This document shows, piece after piece, positions 52,243-64,000 of a stretch of 64,000 bases of DNA (position 1 is the stretch's first letter; the number at the start of each line of letters is the position of its first letter). Source of the stretch: Asterias rubens (taxonomy: Eukaryota); contig NC_047077.1 in NCBI RefSeq assembly GCF_902459465.1, forward strand, positions 1,674,001 through 1,738,000. Direction: 5' to 3'. A program made the translations under genes and the position numbers. The notes beneath the pieces are model-generated. The model was not told the DNA's origin. It did not search any database and worked only from the letters and a program-made list of their open reading frames with translations.

Positions 52243-53587
52243 TCAGTCTTTCTCACCAAACACCAAACAAAATGTATCATGATGATTTGTGTTGCCTTGG
52301 TGTTGTTCATGTATCATCCCAAAGCTAAGTAGTAGTTCCTGCGTGATTGCCCTCTCAAGATATTATGGGTTGTGGTGTACGATTGATGACACTTGGTGAG
52401 TTCACAAAAAAGGATCTTATTACATAAAAATTATATTACAAAATAAAATGATTACATAAAGGATCTTACATGTACGATAATGGCGCTTTGGGAGTTAACA
52501 TTTATATGTAGATCGAGCATAACAATGTTTTAGTATTGGAAGTCTTTGGAGACTTGTTTCATTGTTTTCTTCCTGAGAGCTCTCAATCCTCAGCAGATAT
52601 CTTTTCAAGTTTTGGAAACTAATTTATCAATTTGCATTCAACTTATCAGGAAGGTTGCACTTTATCACAGTGTACAAAGAAACTACATTTTACTGCACAG
52701 GGTGTATTAGATCCTGTAGTACAATCATACAATTTGAATAAGTGAACTTTCTTTTTTAACAAGTTCAATCACAGGTGTATGTACATTGTACATAATGTCA
52801 CCCTCACAGTACCAACACATTTACTTTATCAGCTGTCACAAATGAAAAGTCCCTTGGACTTTTTTGTTTAGTGGGGCTGACTCATGATTTACAAATGTAA
52901 CCCTGAAAATAGTGAATCAGTGACTAAAATTGCAAAGGGGATTCTACTGTGTGAACAGTAGGCATTTGGGTTTAGTAGAATGGAGGGTTACAACACAATG
53001 AGGACTAACCCACATTGTCTAATCAAGGACAGGTGGATGTTTGTACTTTGTAGACCCTTTTAGATTCTCTGTTGCAATTTGCTGCAAAAACAAACCAGAA
53101 AGCTTGGCAATTCATATTTAACCATACAGTTCATGTTATTTGTTGATAGTTTAACTGTTTTGCCTGTATCAGATCATGTAGTAAATGAATCAACACTATT
53201 GAATTTCATAAAAATCAAATACTTTGTAAAGCAGACATAATATCCTTCCTACTTAAGTCAAATTTTTTTACCTTGGGAAAAAAAAACCAGAAAAGTTATG
53301 ATTCAATAAGATAAAAAGTTTATTAAAGTGTACACCATGTGTATACGTACAAGGTAAAATGTCCCAACTTTTGTTCAGGTACCAAAAATAATGTATTTTA
53401 TAGGTTGTGTGGCATTCCATGGTGATTGAGTATCAATGTTATAAGTTTGCAGTAACACCATTGTAGATTTGCTCTTTAAAAATATTGGTTTTTTTTATAC
53501 TTTACTGATGACCACTTAAGGATAACAATTGTATTGGAATGAATAAACACAACACATTTAAATATAATGTTCTCTTCCATTTCACAG

Positions 53588-53650
53588 TTGGAGCTGGAAA
53601 GATTAAACACAGCTACTGATGAAATCAACTCTATGGAACTTCAGTTAGAT
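53588..53650 (+). CDS. SH3BP5L: SH3BP5-like, exon 2 (LELERLNTATDEINSMELQLD)
   Basis: ttcacag| ... |GTAAGT, phase 0/0. Matches EELEHLNQASEEINQVELQLD. Confidence 0.95.
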
Positions 53651-53930
53651 GTAAGTATCGCTACAATAAAGTCAGAAGTGACTTTAGCCGTGTTCGTTTG
53701 GACTTTTTGGGGGTGAACTAACCGATCATGGAAGGTTCCACTCCAGGCAACTTAACCGAGTCCAAGAAGCCACTTGTCCAATAAGCAAGGTGGTTTTCAA
53801 TAATGTCTGGTACAATAACTTGCATTAGGCACAAGTTGTCGCTTACATTTAAATTTGTTGGATTATTGTAAGTGTCTGCACAAGTGTTTGTCATGTGGGC
53901 CCAACTTTATAGAATTGGTTGAAGCCAGCA

Positions 53931-54107
53931 CAGGCCCGATACTTCACAGAGGCAACAAAGGCGATTGCCTCTGTGCCCCCTGATCATTGCTTTGGTGCCC
54001 TTGAAGTGCTCATAGAATAAGTTTACAATTTCCTCATAGGGTGCCCTTAACCAAGAAGAAGAGGCATTGGTGCCCTTGCCTTTTCAAAGACAAAGCATAC
54101 AGGCCTG
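53931..54107 (+). mobile_element. CAGGCC-terminated MITE family (other copies at about 2114-2262, 7740-7965, 10812-10936, 58441-58608)
   Basis: CAGGCCCGATACTTCAC..GAGGCAAC.AAGGCGATTGCCTC...GGTGCCCTTGCC...AAGCATACAGGCCTG, repeated five times in the window in both orientations. Confidence 0.8.
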
Positions 54108-54413
54108 CCATCAATCTGGAAAAGAAACACTTGTTTCCTGTGAAGTATCAGTGACAACACTTGCAAGTGTTTGTCGCATGTAATATTTTTATTTAAGCAG
54201 AAAATATTTCTGCTACATGTGAGCAAAATTTAGCAGGATGCCAGTCACACTTAATATGATAAATACCATCTGTATAAAATGATTGATTAGTTGTAAATGT
54301 TAGCTGCTAAAACCTCAAGGTTAAGGTCGTAGCCTAGTAAAAGCTTCTAAGGTCGTGGCCAGGTAAAACCTTGCAGGGTCGTAGCCATAACCTTGCAAGG
54401 TTTTAAACGCACT

Positions 54414-54801
54414 TTAAAGACACTGGACATTATTGGTAATTGTCAAAGAATAGTCTTCTCACTTGGTGTATCTCAACATACACATAAAATAACAAACCTG
54501 TGAAAATTTGAGCTCAATCGGTCGTCGAAGCTGCGAGATAATAGTGAAAGAAAAACACCCTTGTCACACAAAAATGTGTGCTTTCAGATGCTTGATTTCG
54601 AGACCTCAAATTCTAAATCTGAGGTCTCAAAATCAAAGTCGTGGAAAATTACTTCTTTCTACTCGAAAAGTATGTGACTTCAGAGGGAGCCGTTTCTTAC
54701 AGGATATTATACTATCAACAGCTCCCCATTATTCGTTACCAAGAAAGGTTTTATGCTAATGATTATTTTAAGTAATTACCAATAGTATCCACTGCCTTTA
54801 A
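54414..54801 (+). mobile_element. Same TTAA family, complete with TTAA at both ends
   Basis: TTAA|AGACACTGGACATTA ... TAGTATCCACTGCCT|TTAA. TTAA flanks with AG...CT termini are characteristic of Kolobok. Confidence 0.8.
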
Positions 54802-54881
54802 GACCTTGTCACAACTCTTTTATTCTCTCAATCATTACTTCACATTGTTCATTTTGTATGAATTGCTGTGTTTGTTCTCAG

Positions 54882-55010
54882 GAGGCTAGAGCACTCTTCA
54901 GGCAGTCACTAACTGAGTCTACCCATAACCTCAATGCTATCTCTAAGAAACTTGGCAGCTGTATTGAAAAGGCACGGCCGTATTATGAAGCAAGACAAAA
55001 AGCTAAAGAG
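54882..55010 (+). CDS. SH3BP5L: SH3BP5-like, exon 3
   Basis: ttctcag| EARALFRQSL...LGSCIEKARPYYEARQKAKE |GTAAGT. Contains the family hallmark LGSCIEKARPYYEAR. Confidence 0.97.
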
Positions 55011-55387
55011 GTAAGTTCATTAACCAAAATTACTCATTTCCTATTAAGACTTTATTTACTATATTTAGTTTGTGATAACACCATGTGTGTATCTTGCTAA
55101 TAGCTAGATTATGTTCTTCTGAGAACTTGTCTTGCTTTATTTTACAATTAAACAATTTAAGGGTTCCAAGAACCAAAGGTATACAATGCCTTTAAGTAGG
55201 CTTCCTGAAATCTATAAAATCTGGGTTGCAGAGATGTGATTTCTTCATTTTTAACACTACGCTTTGTGCTCATAGTTATTTTTTTTTCAAAAAGCCTATA
55301 ACATCCCTAGGGTTGTGACTTTCAACAAACTGAAGCACCAGTACACCCTTTGAGCTAATCCATCCGTTTTTCTTCTTGTGTACACAG

Positions 55388-55549
55388 TGTCAGCAAGAGA
55401 CGCAGAAAGCTGCCGTGAGGTTTGAGCGAGCTAACAGCATGCTAGCTGCAGCTAAGGAGATGGTGGACCTAGCTGAGCAGGGTCTGATCCAAGAAGGGAG
55501 GAAGTTTGATGCCAACTGGCAAGAAATGCTCAATCATGCCACTATGAAG
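55388..55549 (+). CDS. SH3BP5L: SH3BP5-like, exon 4
   Basis: tacacag| CQQETQKAAVRFERA...WQEMLNHATMK |GTAAAA. Contains the hallmark WQEMLNHAT. Confidence 0.97.
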
Positions 55550-55591
55550 GTAAAATCTCATGCTCAAATTCAATCAATCACTAATCAATCA

Positions 55592-56075
55592 AGCCCAGTT
55601 CATACTTCCTGCGAATGAGCTATGAATGTTGACGTAACATATTCGCAACGAAAAGTTTTTTGGCGTGTCATGGCGAAGCGGTTAAGAGCACCGGATTCAA
55701 GCTCTGGTGTTTGATCAGCAGAGTGTGGGTTCGAATCCCGGTTGTGACACTCGAGGTCGTGAGGTAGTGCTTTCTGCTCTACCTGCCAGGCTTTGACTGA
55801 TGATACCTAAGCCTACATCCGTATGGACTGTAAAAGGGGTAACTCTGTTTCAGCCCTAGGAGTAGGTGGCAACAGCCTCTGGAATTTTTTTTTTATTGTA
55901 GTCCACACCTTGAAGCGGCCTTCAGGCCTTGTGTGTCTGAAGACTTGCATACATTTTTTATTTTTTTTTTAATTCGCAGGGGTTGAGTTGTGCCTAACTC
56001 TCTTGCGAATATTGCTTCAAAAACAGAGTTGTGATATCAAATTCATTCGCATTCGCAGGAAGCATGAACCGGGCT
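55592..56075. mobile_element. Second copy of the same MITE, with a SINE inserted inside
   Basis: AGCCCAGTTCATACTTCCTGCGAATG ... CATTCGCAGGAAGCATGAACCGGGCT, flanked on both sides by (CAAT)n. Confidence 0.85.
55663..55960 (+). mobile_element. SINE with a family-A tRNA head but a different body and T-rich tail, nested in a MITE
   Basis: GGCGTGTCATGGCGAAGCGGTTAAGAGCACCGG...GGGTTCGAATCCCGG, then sequence unrelated to the other family-A bodies. Confidence 0.7.
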
Positions 56076-56136
56076 TTAGTCAATCAATCAGTGCACCAAT
56101 CAACCAATAACGTCTAAATGCGCTTAACATTAGTGC

Positions 56137-56376
56137 CCTGGGGCCAATTTCATAGAGCTGCTTAAGCAAAAATTTTGGTTAAGCACGAAAATAGCTCGCC
56201 TATTTTACACATGTTACTTGCCAAAATTTCATGCCATAAACATTGCTTGTGACTGGTATTGAGCTATTGTTTACTTAGCATAACAGTCTTGGCCGGTATT
56301 CTGATTTTACTAAGCATTGATTATTTTGATTAAGCAGAATTTTGTGCTTAAGCAGCTCTATGAAATTGGGCCCAGG
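56137..56376. mobile_element. MITE with about 30-bp TIR (related copies at about 15055-15262, 61564-61752, 62841-62994, plus fragments)
   Basis: CCTGGGGCCAATTTCATAGAGCTGCTTAAGCA / TGCTTAAGCAGCTCTATGAAATTGGGCCCAGG. Confidence 0.85.
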
Positions 56377-56498
56377 TCATAAGGTCAATAATATTGTTTA
56401 AATCTGTCAGACACAATATCAACCTCTACCAAACAGAAACCACTGAGCTAACCTGGCTGTCTTTTTATATATAATGATATGATTTTTCAATTGTATAG

Positions 56499-56629
56499 GT
56501 TGCCGAAGCTGATCAAGAGAAGAGAGTGAGTGAGCAGGAACACATGCAGACAGCCAGTGAGTTCCATCGAGTGGAACGAGAGCTGAAAAACCTGCAGAAA
56601 TCATTACGAAGAACTATCAACAAGTCAAG
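56499..56629 (+). CDS. SH3BP5L: SH3BP5-like, exon 5
   Basis: tgtatag| VAEADQEKRVSEQEH...LQKSLRRTINKS(R) |GTAGGC, ending in phase 2. Confidence 0.95.
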
Positions 56630-56856
56630 GTAGGCAAGAATAGCAAGTTTAACTTGGTAAGGAGCAATGGAGAGCTGTTGATAGTATAAAACATTGTGAG
56701 AGACAACTAAGTAACGTAGTTTTGAGTAAGAGTTTATTTTTCACTAAAATATTTGAATTTCAGAAAGACTTCAAGACTTCACAAACATTTGTGCAACTCA
56801 AGTGTTTTTCTTTCTTTATTTTAGCTCTTCTAATGTTTTATGTTTTTGTTTTTCAG

Positions 56857-56899
56857 ACCCTACTTTGAAATGAAGTCTAAGTTGAACTTTCAGCTTGAG
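56857..56899 (+). CDS. SH3BP5L: SH3BP5-like, exon 6 ((R)PYFEMKSKLNFQLE)
   Basis: Long T tract, then tttcag| and |GTGAGT. Completes the KSRPYFE motif. Confidence 0.95.
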
Positions 56900-57569
56900 G
56901 TGAGTAAATTAAACAGTAACAGAATCCAACGTCTAGTGTTTGATAAATAATGGATCTTAAAGGGTGCTACCAAACACCACATTGAAATGGTGAGAAATCA
57001 TTATTGACTTTGGCATATAGAGTGGATTTATGCGACTCTCCTGAAAACATTGCTCTGTGATTTGACTTGTTTTTTTGAAACTTCTACAGGTTTATTATAT
57101 TACATACATCTTCATTCACAGTGAGTAAGGATTCATGTCATTGTAAAAGCTTGATCTACTAAAGACATCAAAAACCTTTAACTCAAGAGTTTAATTTTCA
57201 ATCCTCCAATGCTTGGTGGCATTTGTTAGTGAATTCAAATGCATGAGTTGTGTATGATTGTACTAACTGTGCAGAGAACTAGTGTGTGTACTCAAATAGT
57301 GCAGTCACCAATGATATCATAATGCAGGCTTGCATGGTACATCAATCATTTTAAACTACAGTAGATGTCAGATAGTGAATGGTCAGACAGTAGGAGGGTT
57401 GACAGTTTTGCATTTAACACATCATCTTCCTATTAACTATACATCTTTGTATACTGTGTAGAAGCCTCTGGAGTATACTGACATATGATGCCCAGTGGAT
57501 GAATGTCAGACATGTCTTGAAAGAATACACTTCGATTTAACTGACTGGACTTTTTGTTTATATTTGTAG

Positions 57570-58238
57570 ACTCTACAGAAGCGTGTTCATGAGTTACAGG
57601 GGCGAGTGACGAACTCCAAAGAGGCGTACTCCAACGCTCTACACAACCTAGAGCAAATCAGCGATGAAATACATGAGCAACGACGTTACCAAGCCGCAAA
57701 GCTCGGTGAACGAGGGATGGGCGTAGGTGCAGAGTCAACCCCGGAGATACCCGCAGAGGTACCCTCAAACCGTTACAGTTACCCATTTTATGAGATCCCG
57801 CTGGCACAATGCCAAGAGAGCCCTGGATCCCCGCAAGGTTTCATTCCCGAGTCAATCTGTAAGGACGATATGTACGTACGACCGCCAAAGCTACGCATGC
57901 TTCGTAGACCTCTGAGCTTGCAGGAGGATGATATGTCACCACCAGATCCACACTCGATACTCAAAGCATTCGGGTCGATCGATAGATTGGATGAGATGTC
58001 GGATACAGCGAGTTATCGATCGGGGTTATCGTGCGAAAATCTGGACGATTGTGATTCGGACTGTGACTCAGCATTCTCAACGCCCGGTCACTCACGTCAA
58101 AGTAGCTACAACACCAAAGAGACTGCAGACGCTGCGGAGGTTATTAAAAAACTACAGGAAGAGGAGGAGCAAAGGTCAGAGGTCAGCTGCCAGACTATCA
58201 CTGGCGACATAGATGAAAAAGCTGGATCCTTGGTTTGA
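57570..58238 (+). CDS. SH3BP5L: SH3BP5-like, terminal exon 7 (total CDS 412 aa)
   Basis: tttgtag| TLQKRVHELQGRVTNSKEAYSNALHNLEQISDEIHEQRR matches YSVALRNLEQISEQIH. A low-complexity acidic/Ser tail follows, with TGA at 58236-58238. Confidence 0.95.
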   Translation, partial: TLQKRVHELQGRVTNSKEAYSNALHNLEQISDEIHEQRRYQAAKLGERGMGVGAESTPEIPAEVPSNRYSYPFYEIPLAQCQESPGSPQGFIPESICKDDMYVRPPKLRMLRRPLSLQEDDMSPPDPHSILKAFGSIDRLDEMSDTASYRSGLSCENLDDCDSDCDSAFSTPGHSRQSSYNTKETADAAEVIKKLQEEEEQRSEVSCQTITGDIDEKAGSLV

Positions 58239-58296
58239 CCTTTGAACCTTATTTGACCTTTGCACCTTGGTTGACCTTCAAATCTTGTTTGACCTT
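58236..58296 (+). repeat. 18-bp tandem repeat (TGACCTT...) starting at the SH3BP5L stop codon
   Basis: TGACC at 58236, 58254, 58272 and 58290. Confidence 0.85.
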
Positions 58297-60046
58297 TAAT
58301 TTATAAACATCAGCATTTTTCCTTCGCTTTATTTTTTATTCAAGTAAATGTCTTTAAGTGAGTTGAAGTATTTGTTCAGTATTTTTCATGTTTGTGGTCA
58401 CTGAAAAGAACTTGTGGCATTTATTTTCACGTAGATGACTTCAGGCCTGTATACTTTATATTTGAAAGGGTAAGGGCGCCAATTCTTTGGTAAAGGGCAC
58501 CATTGAGGAAACTTTAAATTTCTGTTGGAGCATTTCAAGGGCACCAAGGCAATTACCAGGGGCATGGATGCAGTTGCCTCCAGTGCCTTTGTGAAGTTTC
58601 AGGCCTGGTGACTTTTAAGAAGCTAGTGTAAACAAGAAAGGAATCAGTTACAAACATCTGTGCTATACTTAGCACTTTGGCTGGAAACCTGATATTACAA
58701 AGGAAGATAGATTTACTTAATAGGGTTTCTTTGTAGACAGTTAATGAACTACAGCCTTGATGATTGGACGGTTCTTAAGTCATCTGCCACTCTTGAAGAA
58801 CCAATCAGGATAGCTTCATTACAATTATGCTAATTTTAAAGGAGCGGTTTCAACATCTTATCACCCAGAAGTGTCACATTATTCAAGGGATTGGTAGCAT
58901 TTTAACCAAACATTTCTTTATTTGTAAGTAAACATTTATTTTCCACTTTGAAAACCTTGTATTCAGATTTTTATGTCAGTATAAATGGAAACAACTTTGG
59001 TTGTTTTTTAGACTAGAGTCAGACAAACTCCTTTTAAATTACCCCAGACATTGGGATTTTTAGGTACACCACTAACGTCCGGCTGCCAGCAACAAATTTA
59101 GAGCATTCCAAAGTTGTTCTGGTCATAACAAACTGTCTGCCATAAAAATGTCGGTCAAGAAAAGCTTGCAAATGAAGGGCTTAAAAGCAGGTCGTGGTCA
59201 AGTTATCTAATTCTACATTTGACATTTCACTTATTTGGAAAACTTAAGCATAGCAAGAGTAAAAACACCCACAGAAATATCTCTTGTAAACTTATTGCCA
59301 CATTTGCATGGGTTAACACCAGACACTCAGAAGTGATGTTCTAATATGATTACATTAGCCATGTTAGCATGTAGTCCAAATGATTTGTATTTAAAGCATT
59401 TAATCACTTTATTATCAGTATTAACAAACAAATGAAACCTCTACAAGTGCCAAAACACTTAAACTTGTCAAATTACCAATCAACTTGTAAATTCTTTGTG
59501 GCAAGTCCATTGATATTCCTGTAACCATAACCACAGTCTGGCTTGGAATTCCTTTTAGCATTCGGTCAGTAACATCACAACCAAACAAGTTTTGCAGTCT
59601 AAAGTATGGTGCTCACTAGCCTGAACATCTGATGTCACACCTCAAGGCTTGCGAATTACAATGTACGCATAATCACCTTTGACCTTGGTTCTGGAGATTC
59701 GCAGTTAAATCAGCAAACATCATAACAAACCATTACCTTACGGATGAAGACAGGGGACCAGTCTTGGTACTCACCAAATTTACTGTTAAGCTTCCCAATT
59801 GCCGACCTCATACACAGCTGATCAGCAAATATAGACAACATAAAGCAATATTTGAGATCTTGTACAATATATCTCTGTCCTAGTGAAAGTTCGGAGATAC
59901 AGTACGCAATTTTCTTGCAAATCAAACCATGACAGTTAACTGGGGTTTTTAACAAACCTTGGGCTAAATTCTGGCTCTTGAGTTCGTCCAAAATTGATGT
60001 TAGAGCCCAAATAGAAGACAGCACCCAATCTTGATCTAGAAACTCA

Positions 60047-60378
60047 GAGGCATTTTCCAATTCTCTGCTTAGTCTCTGTCTCTGGTTCCATTTGATGTTG
60101 GAAACACCATACAAAATATGCACTGCTTTTATATTGATGATGGAGCCCAAACTGGAGCCAGAGCCCAAATCTAGGTTTTGAAAAGACCCAAATCAAAAAG
60201 AACTATCAAGAAACCCAGGGGCGTTTTCCAAACCTCAGATTAGGCTCTGTCTTTACATGTCTTAAGCTCCAGGCTTTGTTTGATGTTGTAAACACCATAC
60301 ACAATATACACTGCTTCAAAATTGATAATGGAGCCTAAACTGGAGCCAGAGCTTCAACCTAGGTTTCTAAAAGGCACC
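60047..60378. mobile_element. Two tandem copies of a roughly 150-bp MITE-like element
   Basis: 60047-60189 and 60218-60378 share GATGTTG.AAACACCATAC..AATAT.CACTGCTT...GATGGAGCC.AAACTGGAGCCAGAGC. Ends are imperfect inverted repeats. Confidence 0.7.
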
Positions 60379-62124
60379 TGGCCTTCTGATGTGGTCAATG
60401 TTATGATGATAACGGTGGACTTGCCCTTTCAATATTTTTAACCGTTATAATTTGACAGGGTATGTATAGTGTATAGTATGTATGTAGCCAGAGATATCAC
60501 ATTTAAAGTATTTTCGTACCTGTGTACATGTGTTGATTGTACAGTATTGCAATAATATAATGTACCAGATATTGTAGTTTGTAGATTTTTCTAAAAATTG
60601 AACCTGTTCTATTGTTATGGGCGGGATAAGACAGGGGTAAAAGTTCTCATGTACATTGACTTACAATGCATTGTTGATGGTGAAACAAAGCATCACAATG
60701 AAGTTAAAAAGTGTGGTAAAAGTTACTGTGCATGTTATTTAATCTTGTTTATAATGTGTTTGTTGATCATTTAAATGTAATTTTGATATTTTTACACTTT
60801 TGAATTATTTCTGATTATCGATAAACAAAGTAGGTCCCAACCACAAGGTAAAAAAAAAAAAAGCTACACTTCTGCCTTTGGTGGCTGCGTCAAAAAGCCA
60901 ATATTTTGCGTCATTTGTGGGGTGTTGCTTTGTTATTGCACAAAAGGACTATACAAAACAAAGCTCCCACAAATGACAACATGACATAAAACTAACAAGG
61001 CTTTTTGTGAAACTTTCTGAAAAGTCCTCTTTTTGTATGATGACTATCTGTATACTCTCATGTGAACTCAATTTTAGCACAGATCACTTGTTTCCTTTTT
61101 TAAGCTGGTCTTTAAGCCATTGAAATACTTTGTTGATTGATTTTTTAAACCAAAGATGCTCGGATGTGAATGAATTTAAAGAAGGCTGCTGCATATTTGC
61201 AATGAAAATTATGAGTTTCTAGATAACTATCAGATTTTGAATTGTCAAGTGAATTATTTTATTGCTTTCTGAATAACTGAAATATTATTCAAGGATTGTT
61301 TATCTGAAGCTGGACATGCTTTGTGTTAGAAAGGTACAATCATAGTACTGATGTTTTAGTTTATATGAAAATAAGCGACTAAGACTGTTTAGTTTTTACA
61401 CATGCTGGAAACCCAATTTGCTCATTGTCACTCACACTGAAGAGATGGTATTTGGGATTGTGAATCGGGAACCATGACCTCTAGGGCCATTTACTATTTT
61501 TTGCATTTATCATCTTTAGGAGAAAGGTTTCATTATAAACTAGACAAGCAACTCTAGAATGTACAGGAACGAATTTCATAGAGCTGCTTGGGCAGATAAT
61601 AGTTCTCAACATTTTCCTGCTGAGCAGAAATGGGCAGGACAAATGATACATATAAAATGGTTATTTGGCTGGTTATCTTATTGTGCTAAGCATAAGTTTG
61701 TTGTGCTTTGATACTTTTTGTATTTAAGCAGCTCTATGAAATTGGGTTCTGGATTACCAATGCCAAGTTCGAACTGTAGGAAAATGAATGGGATTGAAGT
61801 TACTCGTGATTCTTGCATTTGAAACTTTGCATTCTTAAAAACTTGTTAGAAATAGTTGATTTTTTCATGTTTTTCTCAGCATTATTAAGATTTTATTTCA
61901 CTTTGCAAAGTTTGCTTTAAAATCCCTTCACACCTTGTCGTTTTTACATCCCCTTAAAAAAACATTCAATATATCGCCAAGTTTTCTTGAGCAAAACGTT
62001 TTGTTAGTTAATCAATGATGACAAAGTTTAATTTTCTTTATTCAAAAACTTTTCTGAGATTGAAGATCTCTTCATGTAAATCATTTTTCTGTGGGTGGGA
62101 GATCTTTGAAACGTTTTAAAAACT

Positions 62125-62241
62125 TTGTGTTAAACAAAGACAAATTGGTTAGAGTAGGACTTGAACCTGCAACCTCTGGGTTACTGTGCAGGCGCTCTAC
62201 CAACTGAGCTTTCTATCTAGCCCTATGTTGGCAGTCTCCCC
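62125..62241 (-). mobile_element. tRNA-like SINE (family C), left arm of an inverted pair
   Basis: Reverse complement: GGGAGACTGCCAACATAGGGCTAGATAG..CTCAGTTGGTAGAGCG...GGTTCAAGTCCTACTCT. Confidence 0.8.
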
Positions 62242-62356
62242 TGGGTGCTGCTTCCAAGTTTGTATCGCAAACTTGGGTGTGGTGATCCCTGGCTATACGG
62301 CAACTACAGGTTGAATGGCTTCTAACTGGAACCCTGAATAAAGATATTGACAAAAT

Positions 62357-62470
62357 GGGGAGACGGCCAACATAGAGCTAGATAGCTCAGTTGGTAGAGC
62401 ACTGACATATTAATTTGGAGGAGGTTGGTTCAAGTCCTGCTCTGTCAGCTTCTCTTTGGTCAACCCCAAA
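62357..62470 (+). mobile_element. tRNA-like SINE (family C), right arm of an inverted pair
   Basis: GGGAGACGGCCAACATAGAGCTAGATAGCTCAGTTGGTAGAGCA...GGTTCAAGTCCTGCTCT. A degenerate copy also lies at about 6820-6920. Confidence 0.8.
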
Positions 62471-62723
62471 TTATGTGAAAATTCATCTGTCAGTTTTTGT
62501 TTAACTATTACAATAATTTGTTTATTTTGTTGATGTATAATTTGTTGTGATGTTTGCCTATGATATCTAGCACTGGATGGACTGCTAACATTGTAACAAT
62601 GAAACATTATTATCTTGTCTTTTTTAATACCTTTGTATTTCTTACATTCATTGATAACACAGATAGTAATAATATATAAATGTATTAACGGTTTGTATTC
62701 CACCAGGTCACCTTGTGTTGTTA

Positions 62724-62729
62724 AATAAA
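62724..62729 (+). terminator. Candidate polyadenylation signal (AATAAA) for SH3BP5L, implying a 3'UTR of about 4.5 kb
   Basis: Canonical AATAAA followed by T-rich sequence. An earlier AATAAA lies at 62337-62342. Which one is used cannot be determined from sequence. Confidence 0.35.
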
Positions 62730-64000
62730 ATTATAGTTTTAATATTCATTCATTGACAATAGTAGTTGTGTATTTAATTGTTTTTATAGTATTTTACAAC
62801 AGGAGGTATTTCACATTATGACCAGTGTAGCATTCGCCTACCAGGGCCCAATTTCATAGAGCTGCTTTAAAAGCAATAATGAGCGGGATACCAGTCACAA
62901 ATTGTACATGTACATGTGACATAGTATTTTAGCCGATAACCTTATTCTGGTGAACACAATTTGTTTATGCATAGCTACTTTCATTGGGCCCAGGAAATCA
63001 CCTTGTGCAAATTTTATAGCATTGGGTTTTGCTCAATGGTAAGCAAGTTTTTATGCTAACTATAGCAGAAAATGTGCTTAAGCGTAAGCATATTTCATAG
63101 GTTTGTGCAAGAAAATTAGGTGGCCAGCTTGCACGCTCACTATGGATTTGCATTTGGATCATTTATTTTCATACAGTAAGCCTGTGTAAGCACAAAATTT
63201 GCTTAGCACAAGAAAATGATGTGAAGAAACTGGTTTCAAGCCAAAGTGCCATAAAATTTAGACTGCTGCAAGCTGGTAGCAAAAACAAATTGCCGATTTG
63301 GACTTAGCCAAATTTAAGTACATTTACCTGATAAGTCTGCTGCCATCTAGCAGCGGCACTAAAGTCTCTAATTACAATCAGAAATTAAAACACAGCAAAA
63401 AAATATACATCTTCTCATTTATAATGATAAACAATCCTGATTATGTACGAAACTTGCTACATTAAAACTACAAATATTTTACACACGCTTGAGTTTAAGA
63501 ACTATACGCAACTCCATTTTGAAGGATAAATGTAGTTATTTGCGTACTTACACAGAGATTGATTTGATCGCAACGATTGGGCATCATTTTTGTGCGATCT
63601 GTGTGATTTTTACCCTTCAATCTTTTGGCTGTTTTAAGCAATATTGTTAAAAAGATATATGAAAAACAGTTTCACTGTTAAACAAAATATTGAAATATTA
63701 CACTCAAATCTGAGATCATACCTGTTTGGAACAAGGTTGAGTCCATCCCCATCTAGCTACTTCCTCAATACACCTAGATGCACTTCTAGTTTATTTATTG
63801 GCACATTATTCTGTTATATCTATTTTATTCATATTTTATTTGTTAAAATAACAATATCTGGTGGATAAATTCTGCAAGAGGAAAGCTAGTATTAATATTT
63901 AAAAAAAACACTTCAGTATTTTAGTTGAATTCAACCACATAACAGTAAAACCTAACTCTGAATATGTTTGGCTAATAAACTGTTGCATTACTTCACCAAA

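Noticed and set aside
51795-52310. 171-aa minus-strand ORF
   Set aside because: It runs through a MITE in SH3BP5L intron 1 and has no domain signal.
59710-60168. 152-aa minus-strand ORF
   Set aside because: Its 5' third is a MITE copy, the remainder has no recognisable domain, and it lies antisense in the probable SH3BP5L 3'UTR.
62375-62455. Apparent tRNA gene (GCTCAGTTGGTAGAGC...GGTTCAAGTCC)
   Set aside because: The acceptor and anticodon stems do not pair, and it is embedded in a multi-copy SINE. The same applies to the other A/B-box hits.

Overview
AT-rich animal genomic DNA, most likely an echinoderm such as a sea star (inferred from repeat types and protein similarity). Two spliced protein-coding genes are arranged head to head. 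RIM/RIMS (Rab3-interacting molecule, unc-10 orthologue) is on the minus strand, with exon 1 at 19080-19303, zinc-finger exon 2 at 118-325, and the rest off the left edge. A complete 7-exon SH3BP5-like gene (412 aa, SH3BP5/REI-1 Rab11-GEF family) is on the plus strand at 49879-58238. Introns and the 3' region carry many tRNA-derived SINEs, MITEs and TTAA-flanked non-autonomous DNA transposons. The roughly 30 kb intergenic interval is the unusual part. It holds: a modular GC-core/homopolymer repeat family in inverted orientation on either side (about 21-23 kb versus 39.5-49.3 kb, including a near-identical 1.23-kb tandem array); a diverged array of about 7 non-coding exon+intron modules with retained minus-strand splice donors and recurring hairpins; a Penelope-type hammerhead motif; a 52-bp GC-box minisatellite; a perfect 22-bp hairpin; two LINE 3' fragments; and a spliced pseudogene of a probably transposon-associated protein. 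I found no rRNA, intact tRNA or CRISPR array.
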